DNA from: Mycobacterium leprae TN
GTDB taxonomy: Bacteria > Actinomycetota > Actinomycetes > Mycobacteriales > Mycobacteriaceae
DNA length: 32,000 nt
Assembly: GCF_000195855.1 (NCBI RefSeq)
Contig: NC_002677.1
Span: 1,530,001 to 1,562,000, forward strand
Direction: 5' to 3'
In this document: piece by piece, positions 9,701 to 20,136 of the stretch
Numbering within the stretch: the stretch's first letter is position 1
How the letters are laid out: the number at the start of each line of letters is the position of its first letter
The notes under the pieces: generated by a model
Told to the model about the DNA's origin: nothing
Seen by the model: only the letters and a program-made list of their open reading frames with translations
The model's database searches: none
Translations under genes and position numbers: made by a program

Positions 9701-12700
9701 ATCCATAACCATTCTGATAGCGCCGCCTGTTGGATCGGCGGTCGGTGGAAGTGATCGAGGTACCCAGCCTGGAACATCCTCGTACACGAGTTAACAACTG
9801 GTACGCCGGCTATCGTGGTAGAGGGTGCCGGCCAGCCTGAGCTGGTGTTTGCGACCGAATCAGAAGTAGCGACTCTGTAGAAGATCGTGCACCACACATG
9901 GCATGTGGAACTATAGGTGTACCACCGATCGAAAGTGAACTGTTCTGGAGCTGTCGGAGATTATTGGTTCATGTCACTTCGGTCGGGGTGGCTGTCTGCT
10001 GGTAGCGCTGTTCGTATGCGACTGGTGGTCGGTATTGGATTGATATTGATGAGGTGGAGTCTCGATCGTGTTGTACTAGTGCACCCAGGAGGTGGTTTCC
10101 CGTTCCAGTTCGACGCGACCGGTGAAGGTCGCATGTTGGTCGATTAATTCAGATTTGTACCGTCCCTATAGCAGAATCCATAAACACGTTGTCCAAAGCG
10201 TCGCCGACACTGCTGATGGATCCGGCGATACCGGCCTCGTGCAGCGCCTCGGTGAACGCGATCGACGTATATTGATCCCGCGTCCAAGTGATGAATCAAA
10301 TCGGTTATAGAGAATGGAGCTATGTGCAATAGGGGGTGAGTAGCGTCTGCTCAAGCACCGATGTGACCAAGCACCCGCGGTCTTGCTGGTCATCACCTGC
10401 CAGCCCAGGATGGGGTGGGAGAACACGTCCACACAAAACGTGGTATGGCACACCCTTTGCAGCGTCCACACATATGTGCAATCCCTTACCTGCCACTGAT
10501 CCGGGTAATGACAGCATTGAGCAGGAACGATCGAGCCGGTCGGGATGCTGCGGCGGCGAAGACTTGTCGTACTCAGTCGTACGAATGCTGCACTTATTGC
10601 AGCCTACATCGTCAATACCGGCGATACACATCAGCCGTGTCGCCCTGTCTGGACCTCAACTGTGACCTGCGTGTGTAGTGGCGGGCTAAAGCCTGTGCAC
10701 ACAGTAAGATCGGTAGGTTAGCCATCCACAGATCAAACAGGATCTTGCCGTCGTACGTGTCGGTAAGATCGGCTGCCCGCACAAAACCCTGCTGCTTGAC
10801 GGTGTAGTAGGTAGACGGGGGGACCTGCACGTCAGCCTGCTCAAACATGTACATGACAGATTGGATCGACCCGCATTCTTCGCGGTGGACATTGATGTAC
10901 TCTGCAAAGAATTGCGCGCGAAAGGATCACCGCAGTCGGCGATCGACTTCCGCCGCGGTGAAAAACGCGTTCGCTATTCGCAGAATCTCGTTGACAAGCT
11001 TCAATTCTTGCACTTCACGCTCACGCTCGGCCTAATCGCGCCTCTGGCTACCACCGGAGCCCACCTGACTTCTCCCGCTATCCTCGTTGCCGCTCCCACA
11101 ACTCCCGCGAGTACTTCCACTGTGATGCCATCCATACTTACCCTCTCCCTGTACAAAAAGCCTCCAGCGAAACCAAGAAACAATTCAAGACTTCACCCAA
11201 TATGCATTACAGGAAATTGTGCGCCAGGTGGTCAACGTCGAAAAATGGAGCGATCGTTGGACCAGATACCGCAGGACATCTGTATGATTTCTCGGTACGT
11301 CAAGAATTTTGACGCACACCGTTGCTGGGGAATCACCAATGCCTCTGACGAGGTCAAGGAGTCCATTGCGGATCTGTGAAGTGGGCTAGCTCGGGCAGAA
11401 AAGATCTGTGTGTAGTTACTCCTCTTTGCCTGCTTAGCGATTGCACAGACACAAAAGTGAATTATTGATAGTAGTGCATCTCAGCAGAAACGGCAAACGA
11501 TGAGGACAAAAATTTTGTCGTGTTGAGATATCGCTGACAATGCAGATCATTGCCGGAGACGGCTTGCTGAAAGATATGAGAAAGTTCGGATTTTTTGTCG
11601 TGCAAGAATAGTTTTCACCGTGCACAGGAGCCAATCATGACGATTGCATCCGCAACCTGGAGCGCTAGGTTGTCAAGGAGTATTTTGAGCTGGCTGTGGA
11701 GTTTCCTTATGCTGTCCCGTCCATCTCGGGTCTGCCGACCGTCTAGGACATTGTGCAAGATGGACGTTACAGTGGCGTAAAACTGTCAAGTTGTGCATGA
11801 GAGAGAACGATATGCTAATGGTGTGACTGTATATATGCCAGATAGTTGGGCCGCCAATTTTTACTCGTATGCTAGCTTAGCTAAAGGGATGAGAAGGAAG
11901 GAGAATCCCATGGCGAAGGAGGCTCCAAAAGTGCACGCGGTGCAGAAAGAATAGATGCCGAGAGGCGTTCCGGCGATGCGAATCGAGCAGAAGCCAGACG
12001 TGACCAGCTAGCTTAGCAAGCCTGCCGGCAGCAGCGATGAGAGGTAGCCGTGGTATATACGTTGATGGGGTTGCTCGCTTAGTCACACCTGTCCCTGCTA
12101 TTTGCATGTGTACTATAGACCGAATACTGCTGGTGACCAGCGGTATTCAATGTACCAGGCGGAACTTTGCAGCAAATTGATAGATTCCCAATGTACTTGG
12201 GCTTTCGGGGATTTGGTCTATCGATACTGAGGGAAAATAATTCAATTCCGCTGCGGCACAACGTGATCATCTGCGGTACGCTAATTCATATTAGCCTATC
12301 TTTGTAGGTTATTAGCAGGTATTTCTTCTGGTAGCTCTCAATATCACGAATCAGCCTGGTGTAGTTGAATATCGGTTATATATCAGAAGATATATTTCTT
12401 TGTTACCAATCAATGTTCCCGTGCTCTGGACCTATCGGGACATGTCAACTAGAAACTCGGCAGTGGTCATGGGGCTAGAAAGTTGATAAAAGTCAATTCA
12501 GATCGGTCCCGCAAGAGCTAAAAAAATGAGAATTAGCTCATTCAAGAATTGAGTGGGATTCACTTTAGTCCATAATCAAAGTGGAAATTGTGCTTCAGCC
12601 TATTATTTTCGTGCCGATTAATGAGCTCTAGACTTGGATATTTGGATAGATATTCTTGCACATATATTCGGTGTTGTTCTAAATTTTTTGCGATTGTGCG

Positions 12701-12989
12701 GTTCGATTAACGTAATTTTATATTGAGTGCTATCATAAGTTGATTACCTTGCGTGACAACAAGACCCACTAGAGCATCAGGATGTCGATAGGTATTGCAC
12801 TGATCTCGTCTTAGCGGGATTCGTATATTCAACAGGTAGAACGTTAACGCGACGGCGAGGTCATAGCACGCGATTCCGAATGGGGGATTCCAGCTGACGA
12901 AGGCCGGAACGTCGACAAATCGGATGTGATAGACAGGGGGTATAGCCACCGGCGATAGCATCACGTTTACGCTGGCAATGGTCCCCGGA

Positions 12990-13262
12990 GGAATGTGACG
13001 AGTGGCGGATGCCACACTGCTACTTGTCACCTTAGTTACTCGCAGTGCATTATCGCAATTTTTGCTAAGGAATCGCGGTTGCACACGCCCAGACCGCGAT
13101 GTTCTCGGCGTTGATGCGAGTGCACACATCCAGGATTGGGAGACCACGCGCCACACCAACATCGACAAGCTGACTTTGTCCTGCGGATTTCATCGCCCCG
13201 AGAAGCTGCTATGCGACGAAGCTACAGATGACCAGGATACGGTGGCATTATCTATCCTGGCG
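12990..13262 (+). pseudogene. Second DUF222/HNH endonuclease-like remnant (C-terminal part)
   Basis: Plus-strand ORF text: ALSQFLLRNRGCTRPDRDVLGV...DWETTRHTNIDKLTLSCGFHRPEKLLCDEATDD. This resembles the C-terminal HNH region of DUF222 proteins (GCTRPGC..HH..W......TNID.LTL.CG). Confidence 0.65.
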
Positions 13263-13263
13263 G

Positions 13264-14358
13264 TCACTCCGATTTGGCGGTCGCCGACCCGACCGCGTCG
13301 CGCAGTGAGGCGAACCCGCCGTCATGAAGCCGGCGTGCGATGCCGTCGTGAATGTGTTTGGGCCAGAATCCCCCGCCGTAGATGAATCCGGTATAGCCCT
13401 GGAGCAGCGAGGCGCCCGCTGTGATGCGATCCCATGCGTCGTCGGCAGTTTCGATGCCTCCCACGCTGATGAGCACCAGACGGTCACCGACCCGTCCGTA
13501 GAGCCGGCGCAACACCTCGACAGCGCGGCGCGCCACCGGCGGCCCCGAGATGCCACCTGCCCCCAGCGCATCGATTCCCGGTGTCACCAAGCAGTCACGC
13601 GATACTGTGGTGTTGGTTGCCACGATGCCTGCTAGCCTAAGTTCGACGGCTAGGTCTGTGATGTCGTCGATCTCGGAATCGGAGATATCGGGTGCAATCT
13701 TGACCAGCACTGGTACTGAGGTCTCAGCCAGGACTCCCAACAAGATGGCCCGAAGCGACTCGACTGCTTGTAGGTCGCGAAGCCCCGGGGTATTCGGGGA
13801 GCTGACATTGACAACCAGATACGAGGCCAGCGGGCCGACCAGCCGGGCGCTGGCCCGGTAGTCATCGACAGTATGGGAGGCCGGGGTTGCCTTAGTCTTG
13901 CTGATGTTCACCCCGATAGGCACTTCGGGGCGGTGGTGGGCGAGCTGGATAGCCAGCGCTCCGGCGCCGTTATTGTTGAACCCCATCCTGTTCAGCAGAG
14001 CGCGGTCGGCGGGCAGCCGGAACATGCGCGGGGCCGGGTTGCCGGGCTGTGGGTACGCGGTGACGGTTCCGACTTCAGCATAACCGAACCCTAATGCACC
14101 CCAGGCAAGCAGCCCCATGCCGTCCTTGTCGAAGCCCGCTGCCAGCCCCAGCGGTCCGGGGAAGCGGACCCCAAAAACCGTGCTGGCCAGCACCGGATCC
14201 GTCGGTCCCAGTACCCAGCGCAGCAACCGGCGCAGCACAGCGATGGAGGTTACGCAACGCAGCATGGCAAAAACCAGTGTGTGTATCCGCTCGGGTGGGG
14301 TCAGGAACAGCAGCCGGCGTACGACCCGGTACATCACAGTTCCGGCTAGCCAGGTCAC
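13264..14358 (-). CDS. pyrD: Quinone-dependent dihydroorotate dehydrogenase
   Basis: 364-aa ORF with class 2 DHODH motifs: [76 protein letters not shown], and [34 protein letters not shown] start. Confidence 0.97.
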   Translation of the reverse strand: MTWLAGTVMYRVVRRLLFLTPPERIHTLVFAMLRCVTSIAVLRRLLRWVLGPTDPVLASTVFGVRFPGPLGLAAGFDKDGMGLLAWGALGFGYAEVGTVTAYPQPGNPAPRMFRLPADRALLNRMGFNNNGAGALAIQLAHHRPEVPIGVNISKTKATPASHTVDDYRASARLVGPLASYLVVNVSSPNTPGLRDLQAVESLRAILLGVLAETSVPVLVKIAPDISDSEIDDITDLAVELRLAGIVATNTTVSRDCLVTPGIDALGAGGISGPPVARRAVEVLRRLYGRVGDRLVLISVGGIETADDAWDRITAGASLLQGYTGFIYGGGFWPKHIHDGIARRLHDGGFASLRDAVGSATAKSE

Positions 14359-14609
14359 CGGTCGGAGCCTGTGTTTTCTAGACGAGAGTTATTGCGGCGC
14401 AACAATGTCCTCCTACTGCCGTCGGTGTAGATCCGCACCTTGATCAGCTCCCAACCGCAATATTCAGCCTCGATGGACAGCCGGGTCGATGCGTTAAGCG
14501 TGGTCAATTCTGACGGCAGGTGCAACGGCACCCATTCGTACTCGTTAGACATCTCAGCGTCCCAACCGGCGGGTAGCCGGCTCCGCGGTGGCGCCAGTCG
14601 GTTGCTCAA
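14355..14609 (-). CDS. Small conserved actinobacterial protein (DUF5703-like)
   Basis: 84-aa ORF containing [53 protein letters not shown]. It fits between lppL and pyrD with 4-bp stop/start overlaps. The start may be TTG 14609 or ATG 14552. Confidence 0.7.
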   Translation of the reverse strand: MSNRLAPPRSRLPAGWDAEMSNEYEWVPLHLPSELTTLNASTRLSIEAEYCGWELIKVRIYTDGSRRTLLRRNNSRLENTGSDR

Positions 14610-15655
14610 CGTGTACCTACTGCGTGTTCGATGATCTGCACTCCCGCGCCCGACTCCGATACCACATACAAGGTGTCTGACGCTTCGTCAAAAGCCAACG
14701 AATTGGGTTGCTGCACGGTTGGATAACTTACCTTTTCGACAGGGATTCCGGTGGTTAGATCGTAACCAATAACGATGTTAGAGGCGGTTTGAGATACCCA
14801 GGCCAACGTGCGGGATCCGGCTAGCCCGTACGGGGCGTGGCGCACAGGATAGGTCTGGCGCAAGATTAGCGGGTCAATAGTATACACCAATAGCTGGCCA
14901 CTGCGGGTGTCGGCGACTAAAATACGGCCCAGCGGATCAGCGGCCAGCGTGGTTGCGCCTTCGCCGGCTCGCAGCGCTTGCTGGACATGACCGTCGGCTC
15001 CTATTGTCGTTATTGACGTCTGTCCACTATCCAGCACTACCGTGTTATTTCTTTGGGTTGCGAGGGAATCGATACGAGCAAAGATCTTGTTTCGGTTGCT
15101 AGCGGTAGCGGTGTTGGTTCCAGGTGCCGTCGCGGCAAGAGTGTAGACGGTGCCGTCGGCGCTGCCCAGAACCAACTTGGCGTCCGCTCGGCGTGCGATT
15201 GCGGTGAATTTGGCGTGTCCAGCGTCGGTTACGTTCACTTGTGAGGTATGGCCGCCTTCGAGATCGACCACGAAGTAGCCACCGTGCGAGGCAAGATAGG
15301 CGGTGCCGTGGTCGTCGCTGGTCAACGCGGTTGCAGGCCCCGGTAGAACGATCACGCGTGGCTGAGTGTGTGCGTCATCGAAAACGGTAACGCTGGCGGG
15401 CGCAGCGGGATCGGTGCCTGGGCACAGGACCGCCAACAGGTGACTGCCGCTGTCGAATATCACACCCTGCGGGTGGCCGCCCAGTGGTCGCACTACACCC
15501 ACAGGTTTCTGTGACACCGGCGGTGAGTCGGCCGGCTGCGCGGGTTCGATAGTGGGTGGGGAGCTATCAAGCCGATCCGACGAACATCCGGTCATGAGTG
15601 CTAGCAACACGCCAGCTAAACAGTGTTGAACTGTTCGCTTATCCGGCGACAGCAA
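14606..15655 (-). CDS. lppL: Lipoprotein LppL-like, beta-propeller-type repeats
   Basis: 349-aa ORF with signal peptide and lipobox (CLAGVLLALMTGC-SS) and repeated propeller-like segments (ILVADTRSGQLLVYTIDP, LAFDEASDTLYVVSESGAGVQIIE). Upstream of and colinear with pyrD as in Rv2138-Rv2139. Confidence 0.88.
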   Translation of the reverse strand: MLSPDKRTVQHCLAGVLLALMTGCSSDRLDSSPPTIEPAQPADSPPVSQKPVGVVRPLGGHPQGVIFDSGSHLLAVLCPGTDPAAPASVTVFDDAHTQPRVIVLPGPATALTSDDHGTAYLASHGGYFVVDLEGGHTSQVNVTDAGHAKFTAIARRADAKLVLGSADGTVYTLAATAPGTNTATASNRNKIFARIDSLATQRNNTVVLDSGQTSITTIGADGHVQQALRAGEGATTLAADPLGRILVADTRSGQLLVYTIDPLILRQTYPVRHAPYGLAGSRTLAWVSQTASNIVIGYDLTTGIPVEKVSYPTVQQPNSLAFDEASDTLYVVSESGAGVQIIEHAVGTR

Positions 15656-15772
15656 CGGCTAACCCTAAAATACTATACATCAAACTCGAATTCTAAGGAA
15701 CGATGGTGCATCATTGTATTCAATCTGGGATGCTACAATATGTACCGGTTCGGGATGAGGTATCTTGACAGT

Positions 15773-16075
15773 ATGACTGTCACCGTTGACCGGCATGTGG
15801 CAGGCAACGAGTTTACCGTCGAGGAGATTTCGACGGGAATTTTCGCCAGCGGGTATGGACAAGTCGGTGATGGACGCAGTTTTTCATTCCACATCGAGCA
15901 CTGGTCGTTAGTCGTAGAAATTTACCGGACACGATTGGCCGGGCTTGTTCCGCAGACTGAAGAAGTAGTCCCGAGGGCGATCCGCGGGCTGGTCAACATC
16001 GACCTCACCGACGAACGCAGCCTGGCTGCGGCGGTGCGAGATTTGGTCGCACGCACGTTAACGGTCTCAGGTTAG
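15773..16075 (+). CDS. Conserved mycobacterial hypothetical protein (Rv2137c-like)
   Basis: The in-frame ATG at 15773 gives a ~100-aa protein [34 protein letters not shown]..., followed directly by uppP. The longer frame from 15623 looks non-coding. Confidence 0.6.
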   Translation: MTVTVDRHVAGNEFTVEEISTGIFASGYGQVGDGRSFSFHIEHWSLVVEIYRTRLAGLVPQTEEVVPRAIRGLVNIDLTDERSLAAAVRDLVARTLTVSG

Positions 16076-16115
16076 TCGCATCAGGTACCGGCTGCCACCA
16101 GGTACGGTCGTCGTC

Positions 16116-16964
16116 GTGACTGCGGTTTCGGCGATGTCCTGGTGGCAAGTCATCGTTTTGGCCGTGGTGCAAGGTCTCACGGAGTTCCTGCCGGTGTCAT
16201 CCTCGGGTCACCTGGCGATTGTGTCGCGGATCTTGTTCACTGGCGATGCTGGCGCCTCATTCACCGCGGTCAGCCAACTGGGCACTGAGGTCGCGGTGCT
16301 GGTGTACTTCGGACGCGACATCGTACGCATTCTCCATGCCTGGTGTAGAGGCCTGACCGTCACGTTGCACCGCACCGCGGACTATTGGTTGGGCTGGTAT
16401 GTGATCATCGGGACCATCCCAATCTGCATCCTGGGCCTGGTGTGCAAGGACGAGATCCGCTCGGGAATTCGTCCTCTGTGGGTCGTAGCGACCGCGTTGG
16501 TGGCGTTTTCGGGGGTAATCGCCTTCGCTGAGTATGTCGGGCGTCAGAATCGTTGTATCGAGCAGCTGAACTGGCGTGACGCTCTGGTGGTAGGAGTGGC
16601 CCAAACGCTTGCGTTGATTCCTGGTGTCTCACGATCCGGCTCGACTATCAGCGCTGGGCTGTTTCTCGGACTAGATCGTGAATTGGCCGCCCGATTCGGC
16701 TTCCTCCTGGCCATACCCGCTGTGTTCGCGTCCGGGTTGTTCTCGATACCGGACGCCTTCCATCCTATCACTGAGGGTATGAGTGCCACCGGCGCGCAGC
16801 TGCTGGTGGCCACTGTGATCGCATTTGTCGTCGGTTTGGTTGCGGTGTCCTGGTTGCTGCGGTTTCTGGTGCAGCACAACCTGTACTGGTTCGTCGGCTA
16901 CCGGATAGTCGTCGGCGTGGGTGTACTGATCCTGCTGGCGGTCAAGACGGTAGCTGCGACATGA
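16116..16964 (+). CDS. uppP: Undecaprenyl-diphosphatase (UppP/BacA)
   Basis: 282-aa polytopic membrane ORF with UppP motifs: [17 protein letters not shown] and [24 protein letters not shown]. An alternative in-frame ATG is at 16134. Confidence 0.96.
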   Translation: MTAVSAMSWWQVIVLAVVQGLTEFLPVSSSGHLAIVSRILFTGDAGASFTAVSQLGTEVAVLVYFGRDIVRILHAWCRGLTVTLHRTADYWLGWYVIIGTIPICILGLVCKDEIRSGIRPLWVVATALVAFSGVIAFAEYVGRQNRCIEQLNWRDALVVGVAQTLALIPGVSRSGSTISAGLFLGLDRELAARFGFLLAIPAVFASGLFSIPDAFHPITEGMSATGAQLLVATVIAFVVGLVAVSWLLRFLVQHNLYWFVGYRIVVGVGVLILLAVKTVAAT

Positions 16965-17713
16965 CGGTCATTTTGTTGCGGCACGGGCGGTCCACATCGA
17001 ATACCGCAGGTGTTTTAGCTGGTCGGGCCGATGGGGTCGACCTCGACGACAGGGGCCGCGAGCAAGCCGTCGGTCTGATAGACCGGATCGCTGAATTACC
17101 GATTCGGGCGGTGGTATGCTCGCCACTACTACGGTGTCGACGTACCATCAATCCGCTCGCCGAAACGCTGTGCCTTGAGCCGTTCATCGATGACCGGTTG
17201 TCCGAAGTGGATTACGGAGAATGGACAGGTCGCAGCATCGGTGACTTGGCCAAGGAGCCGTTATGGCAGGTAGTTCAGGCACATCCCAGCGCCGCGGTGT
17301 TTCCCAGCGGGGAGGGGTTGGCTCAGGTGCAGGTGCGCGCGGTGGCCGCGATCCGTGAATACGACCGGCGATTCACTTCAGAACACGGTGGTGACACGCT
17401 TTGGGTCGCCTGTACTCACGGTGACGTCATTAAGGCGGTGATCGCCGACGCGTTCGGCATGCATCTGGATAGCTTTCAACGTGTCATCGCCGACCCGGGA
17501 TCAGTGAGTGTGATCCGCTACACTCAGCTGCGGCCGTTTGTGCTGCACGTCAACCACACTGGTGCGCAGTTGTCGTCGGCGTTGCGGGCCGCGATGAAGC
17601 CTTCAGGTGAGTCCCACAGTGATTCTTGTGGCGAGCGCTCAGGAGAGATACGGAACGAACCGGATGCTGCGGTGCCGTCTGGTGATGCGGTACTCGGCGG
17701 CTCCGCCGACTAG
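16961..17713 (+). CDS. Histidine phosphatase/phosphoglycerate mutase-like protein (MSMEG_4193 family, Rv2135c)
   Basis: 250-aa ORF with the RHG motif ([20 protein letters not shown]) and partner motifs ([21 protein letters not shown]). Overlaps the uppP stop by 4 bp. Confidence 0.93.
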   Translation: MTVILLRHGRSTSNTAGVLAGRADGVDLDDRGREQAVGLIDRIAELPIRAVVCSPLLRCRRTINPLAETLCLEPFIDDRLSEVDYGEWTGRSIGDLAKEPLWQVVQAHPSAAVFPSGEGLAQVQVRAVAAIREYDRRFTSEHGGDTLWVACTHGDVIKAVIADAFGMHLDSFQRVIADPGSVSVIRYTQLRPFVLHVNHTGAQLSSALRAAMKPSGESHSDSCGERSGEIRNEPDAAVPSGDAVLGGSAD

Positions 17714-17790
17714 TTCTTTCGGAGCCGGTTCGGTTTGCGCCCGCGTCCGGATCACACCTTGGGCCCAACTGCCGGTATTTTGGAGATGCC

Positions 17791-18381
17791 ATGGCCCGCG
17801 CAATTCACGTCTTCCGCACACCCGACCGCTTCGTGGCCGGGACTGTTGGCCAGCCCGGGAATCGCACCTTTTACATCCAAGCGGTGCACGACTCTCGGGT
17901 GGTGTCAGTGGTTTTGGAAAAGCAGCAGGTTGCGGTGCTTGCAGAACGCATCGGTGCGTTGCTCCTCGAGGTGCATCGCAGGTTCGGCACCCCGGTGCCC
18001 CCGGAGCCCGCTGAGATCAATGACCTTAACCCACTGGTTATGCCGGTGGACGCCGAGTTCCGGGTCGGCACCATGGGCCTAGGCTGGGATTCGGAAGCGC
18101 AGACCGTGGTGGTGGAGTTGCTGGCCGTTACTGACGCTGAGTTCGACGCCTCCGTGGTGCTCGATGACACCGATGAGGGTCCCGACGCGGTGCGGGTGTT
18201 CCTGACGCCGGAGTCGGCACGACAGTTCGCCACTCGCTCTAACCGTGTCATCTTGGCGGGACGTCCACCGTGCCCACTGTGCGACGAACCGTTGGACCCT
18301 GAGGGGCACGTCTGTGCGCGCACCAACGGCTATAAGCGCAGCGCGTTGCTCGGGCCTAAAGATGATGACACCGAATGGTGA
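17791..18381 (+). CDS. DUF3090 family protein (Rv2134c-like)
   Basis: 196-aa ORF MARAIHVFRTPDRFVAGTVGQPGNRTFYIQAV... with the C-terminal zinc-ribbon-like GRPPCPLCDEPLDPEGHVCARTNGY. Confidence 0.92.
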   Translation: MARAIHVFRTPDRFVAGTVGQPGNRTFYIQAVHDSRVVSVVLEKQQVAVLAERIGALLLEVHRRFGTPVPPEPAEINDLNPLVMPVDAEFRVGTMGLGWDSEAQTVVVELLAVTDAEFDASVVLDDTDEGPDAVRVFLTPESARQFATRSNRVILAGRPPCPLCDEPLDPEGHVCARTNGYKRSALLGPKDDDTEW

Positions 18382-19180
18382 TGAGCATGAGGTGTTGCGG
18401 AACGGCGAACTGACGGTCCTTGGACGCATCCGTTCGGCCAGCAATGCCACTTTTTTGTGCGAATCCACGCTGGACCAGCGCAGCGTGCATTGCGTCTACA
18501 AGCCGGTTTCCGGTGAGCAGCCGCTGTGGGATTTTCCGGAAGGAACTTTAGCTGGCCGCGAACTGAGTGCATACCTGGTTTCGACTGACTTGGGGTGGAA
18601 TATTGTTCCCTATACGGTAATTCGTGACGGGCCGGCAGGTCCTGGCATGCTGCAGCTGTGGGTGCAACAGCCCGGTGACGTTGCCGACTCCGCTCCCCGG
18701 TCCGGGCCCGACATGGTTGACTTATTTCCCGCCGACAAGCTGCAGTCGGGGTATCTGCCGGTGTTGCGGTCCTACAACTATGCCGGCGACGAGGTCATCT
18801 TGATGCACGCCGACGACACCCAGTTGCGGCGACTGGCAGTATTCGACGTGTTGATCAACAACGCCGATCGTAAGGGTGGTCACATCCTTTACGGCCTCGA
18901 CGGCCACGTGTACGGGGTTGACCATGGTGTGTCTCTGCATGTCGAAGACAAATTGCGCACAGTGTTATGGGGTTGGGCCGGTAAGCCGATCGATAACCAA
19001 ACCCTAGAGGAGGTCGCCGGGTTGGCTGACGCCCTTAGCGGCCCGTTGGCCGATACGCTTGCCGGGCAGATTACCTGGGCAGAAATCATCGCTTTGCGTA
19101 GGCGTGCGTACGCGATGTTAGACAACCCGGTGATGCCCGGACCGAACCGGGATCGTGCCATTCCATGGCCGGCATTTTAA
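18365..19180 (+). CDS. SCO1664 family protein (Rv2133c-like), kinase-fold-like residues
   Basis: ORF 18245-19180. The likely start is ATG 18362/18365 ([34 protein letters not shown]...), overlapping the DUF3090 stop. Contains [28 protein letters not shown]. Confidence 0.88.
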   Translation: MTPNGDEHEVLRNGELTVLGRIRSASNATFLCESTLDQRSVHCVYKPVSGEQPLWDFPEGTLAGRELSAYLVSTDLGWNIVPYTVIRDGPAGPGMLQLWVQQPGDVADSAPRSGPDMVDLFPADKLQSGYLPVLRSYNYAGDEVILMHADDTQLRRLAVFDVLINNADRKGGHILYGLDGHVYGVDHGVSLHVEDKLRTVLWGWAGKPIDNQTLEEVAGLADALSGPLADTLAGQITWAEIIALRRRAYAMLDNPVMPGPNRDRAIPWPAF

Positions 19181-19218
19181 GGACTAGCTGTGCCCTCGGC
19201 GATACTGAAGCGGTGAAC

Positions 19219-20034
19219 ATGGCCTCCCATGACAAAAGGGATTACCAGGCAGAGTTAACGGATGCTGCACTGGCTGCCGATCTCGCCACGGCAGCGGGGG
19301 AGTTACTCCTCGAAATTCGCGAGGAGATCGGTTTCGACCAACCGCGGGCGCTCGGCGATGCTGGTGACAGGCTGGCAAATTCCCTGCTGCTGAGCCGGCT
19401 GCGGGCCGAGCGCCCGGGTGATGCGGTACTCAGCGAGGAAGCACATGATGATCGTGTTCGGCTGCAGGCTGGCCGGGTATGGATCATCGACCCACTGGAT
19501 GGTACCCGCGAATTCTCCACAGCGGGGCGCACTGACTGGGCGGTACATATAGCGCTGTGGCAACGTACCACCGGCGGCGTCGCAGACGGCCGGCGCGAGA
19601 TCACTGATGCGGCGGTGGCGCTGCCGGCCCGCGGTAACAGGGTGTACCGCAGTGACACCGTGACCGCCGGCGCTGTGACTGGTGGTGTTCCCAACATTCT
19701 CCGGATTGCTGTCAGCGCCACCCGGCCGCCCACAATCTTGCACCGGATACGGCAAAAGTTGGCCATCGAACCGGTGGCTATCGGGTCGGCGGGGGCTAAA
19801 GCGATGGCGGTTGTCGACGGCGATGTGGACGCCTACCTGCATGTCGGGGGCCAATGGGAATGGGATTCGGCAGCGCCAGCCGGGGTGGTGTTGGCAGCCG
19901 GTATGCACGCATCGCGCCTGGACGGCTCGCCGCTGCGTTACAACCAGCTCGATCCGTATCTACCCGACTTTGTTATGTGTCGCGCCGATATCGCGCCGAT
20001 ACTGCTCGGTGTCATCCGTGAGGTGTGGCAATGA
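19219..20034 (+). CDS. cysQ: 3'-phosphoadenosine-5'-phosphate/inositol phosphatase, CysQ
   Basis: Inositol-monophosphatase family motifs: [44 protein letters not shown]. The longer ORF starts at 19165; likely start is ATG 19219. Confidence 0.93.
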   Translation: MASHDKRDYQAELTDAALAADLATAAGELLLEIREEIGFDQPRALGDAGDRLANSLLLSRLRAERPGDAVLSEEAHDDRVRLQAGRVWIIDPLDGTREFSTAGRTDWAVHIALWQRTTGGVADGRREITDAAVALPARGNRVYRSDTVTAGAVTGGVPNILRIAVSATRPPTILHRIRQKLAIEPVAIGSAGAKAMAVVDGDVDAYLHVGGQWEWDSAAPAGVVLAAGMHASRLDGSPLRYNQLDPYLPDFVMCRADIAPILLGVIREVWQ

Positions 20035-20136
20035 ACCGCCTTCGCGTGCGCCAAGATTGCCATGAGGGCTGTGGTGTGGGTGGGAACCACGATCATCGTG
20101 GCAATTTCGTTGGATGCTTGGCTTAAAGTCAACGAC

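Noticed and set aside
10861-11379. 172-aa plus-strand ORF in the decayed island
   Set aside because: No recognisable motif, and an overlapping antisense ORF of equal plausibility. Not supportable as a CDS without homology.
9700-11380. Candidate genes in the middle of the island (several 60-110 aa ORFs)
   Set aside because: Fragments are short, mutually overlapping on both strands, and show no motif I can name.
12707-13168. 153-aa minus-strand ORF
   Set aside because: Antisense to the HNH/DUF222 remnant, with no recognisable family.
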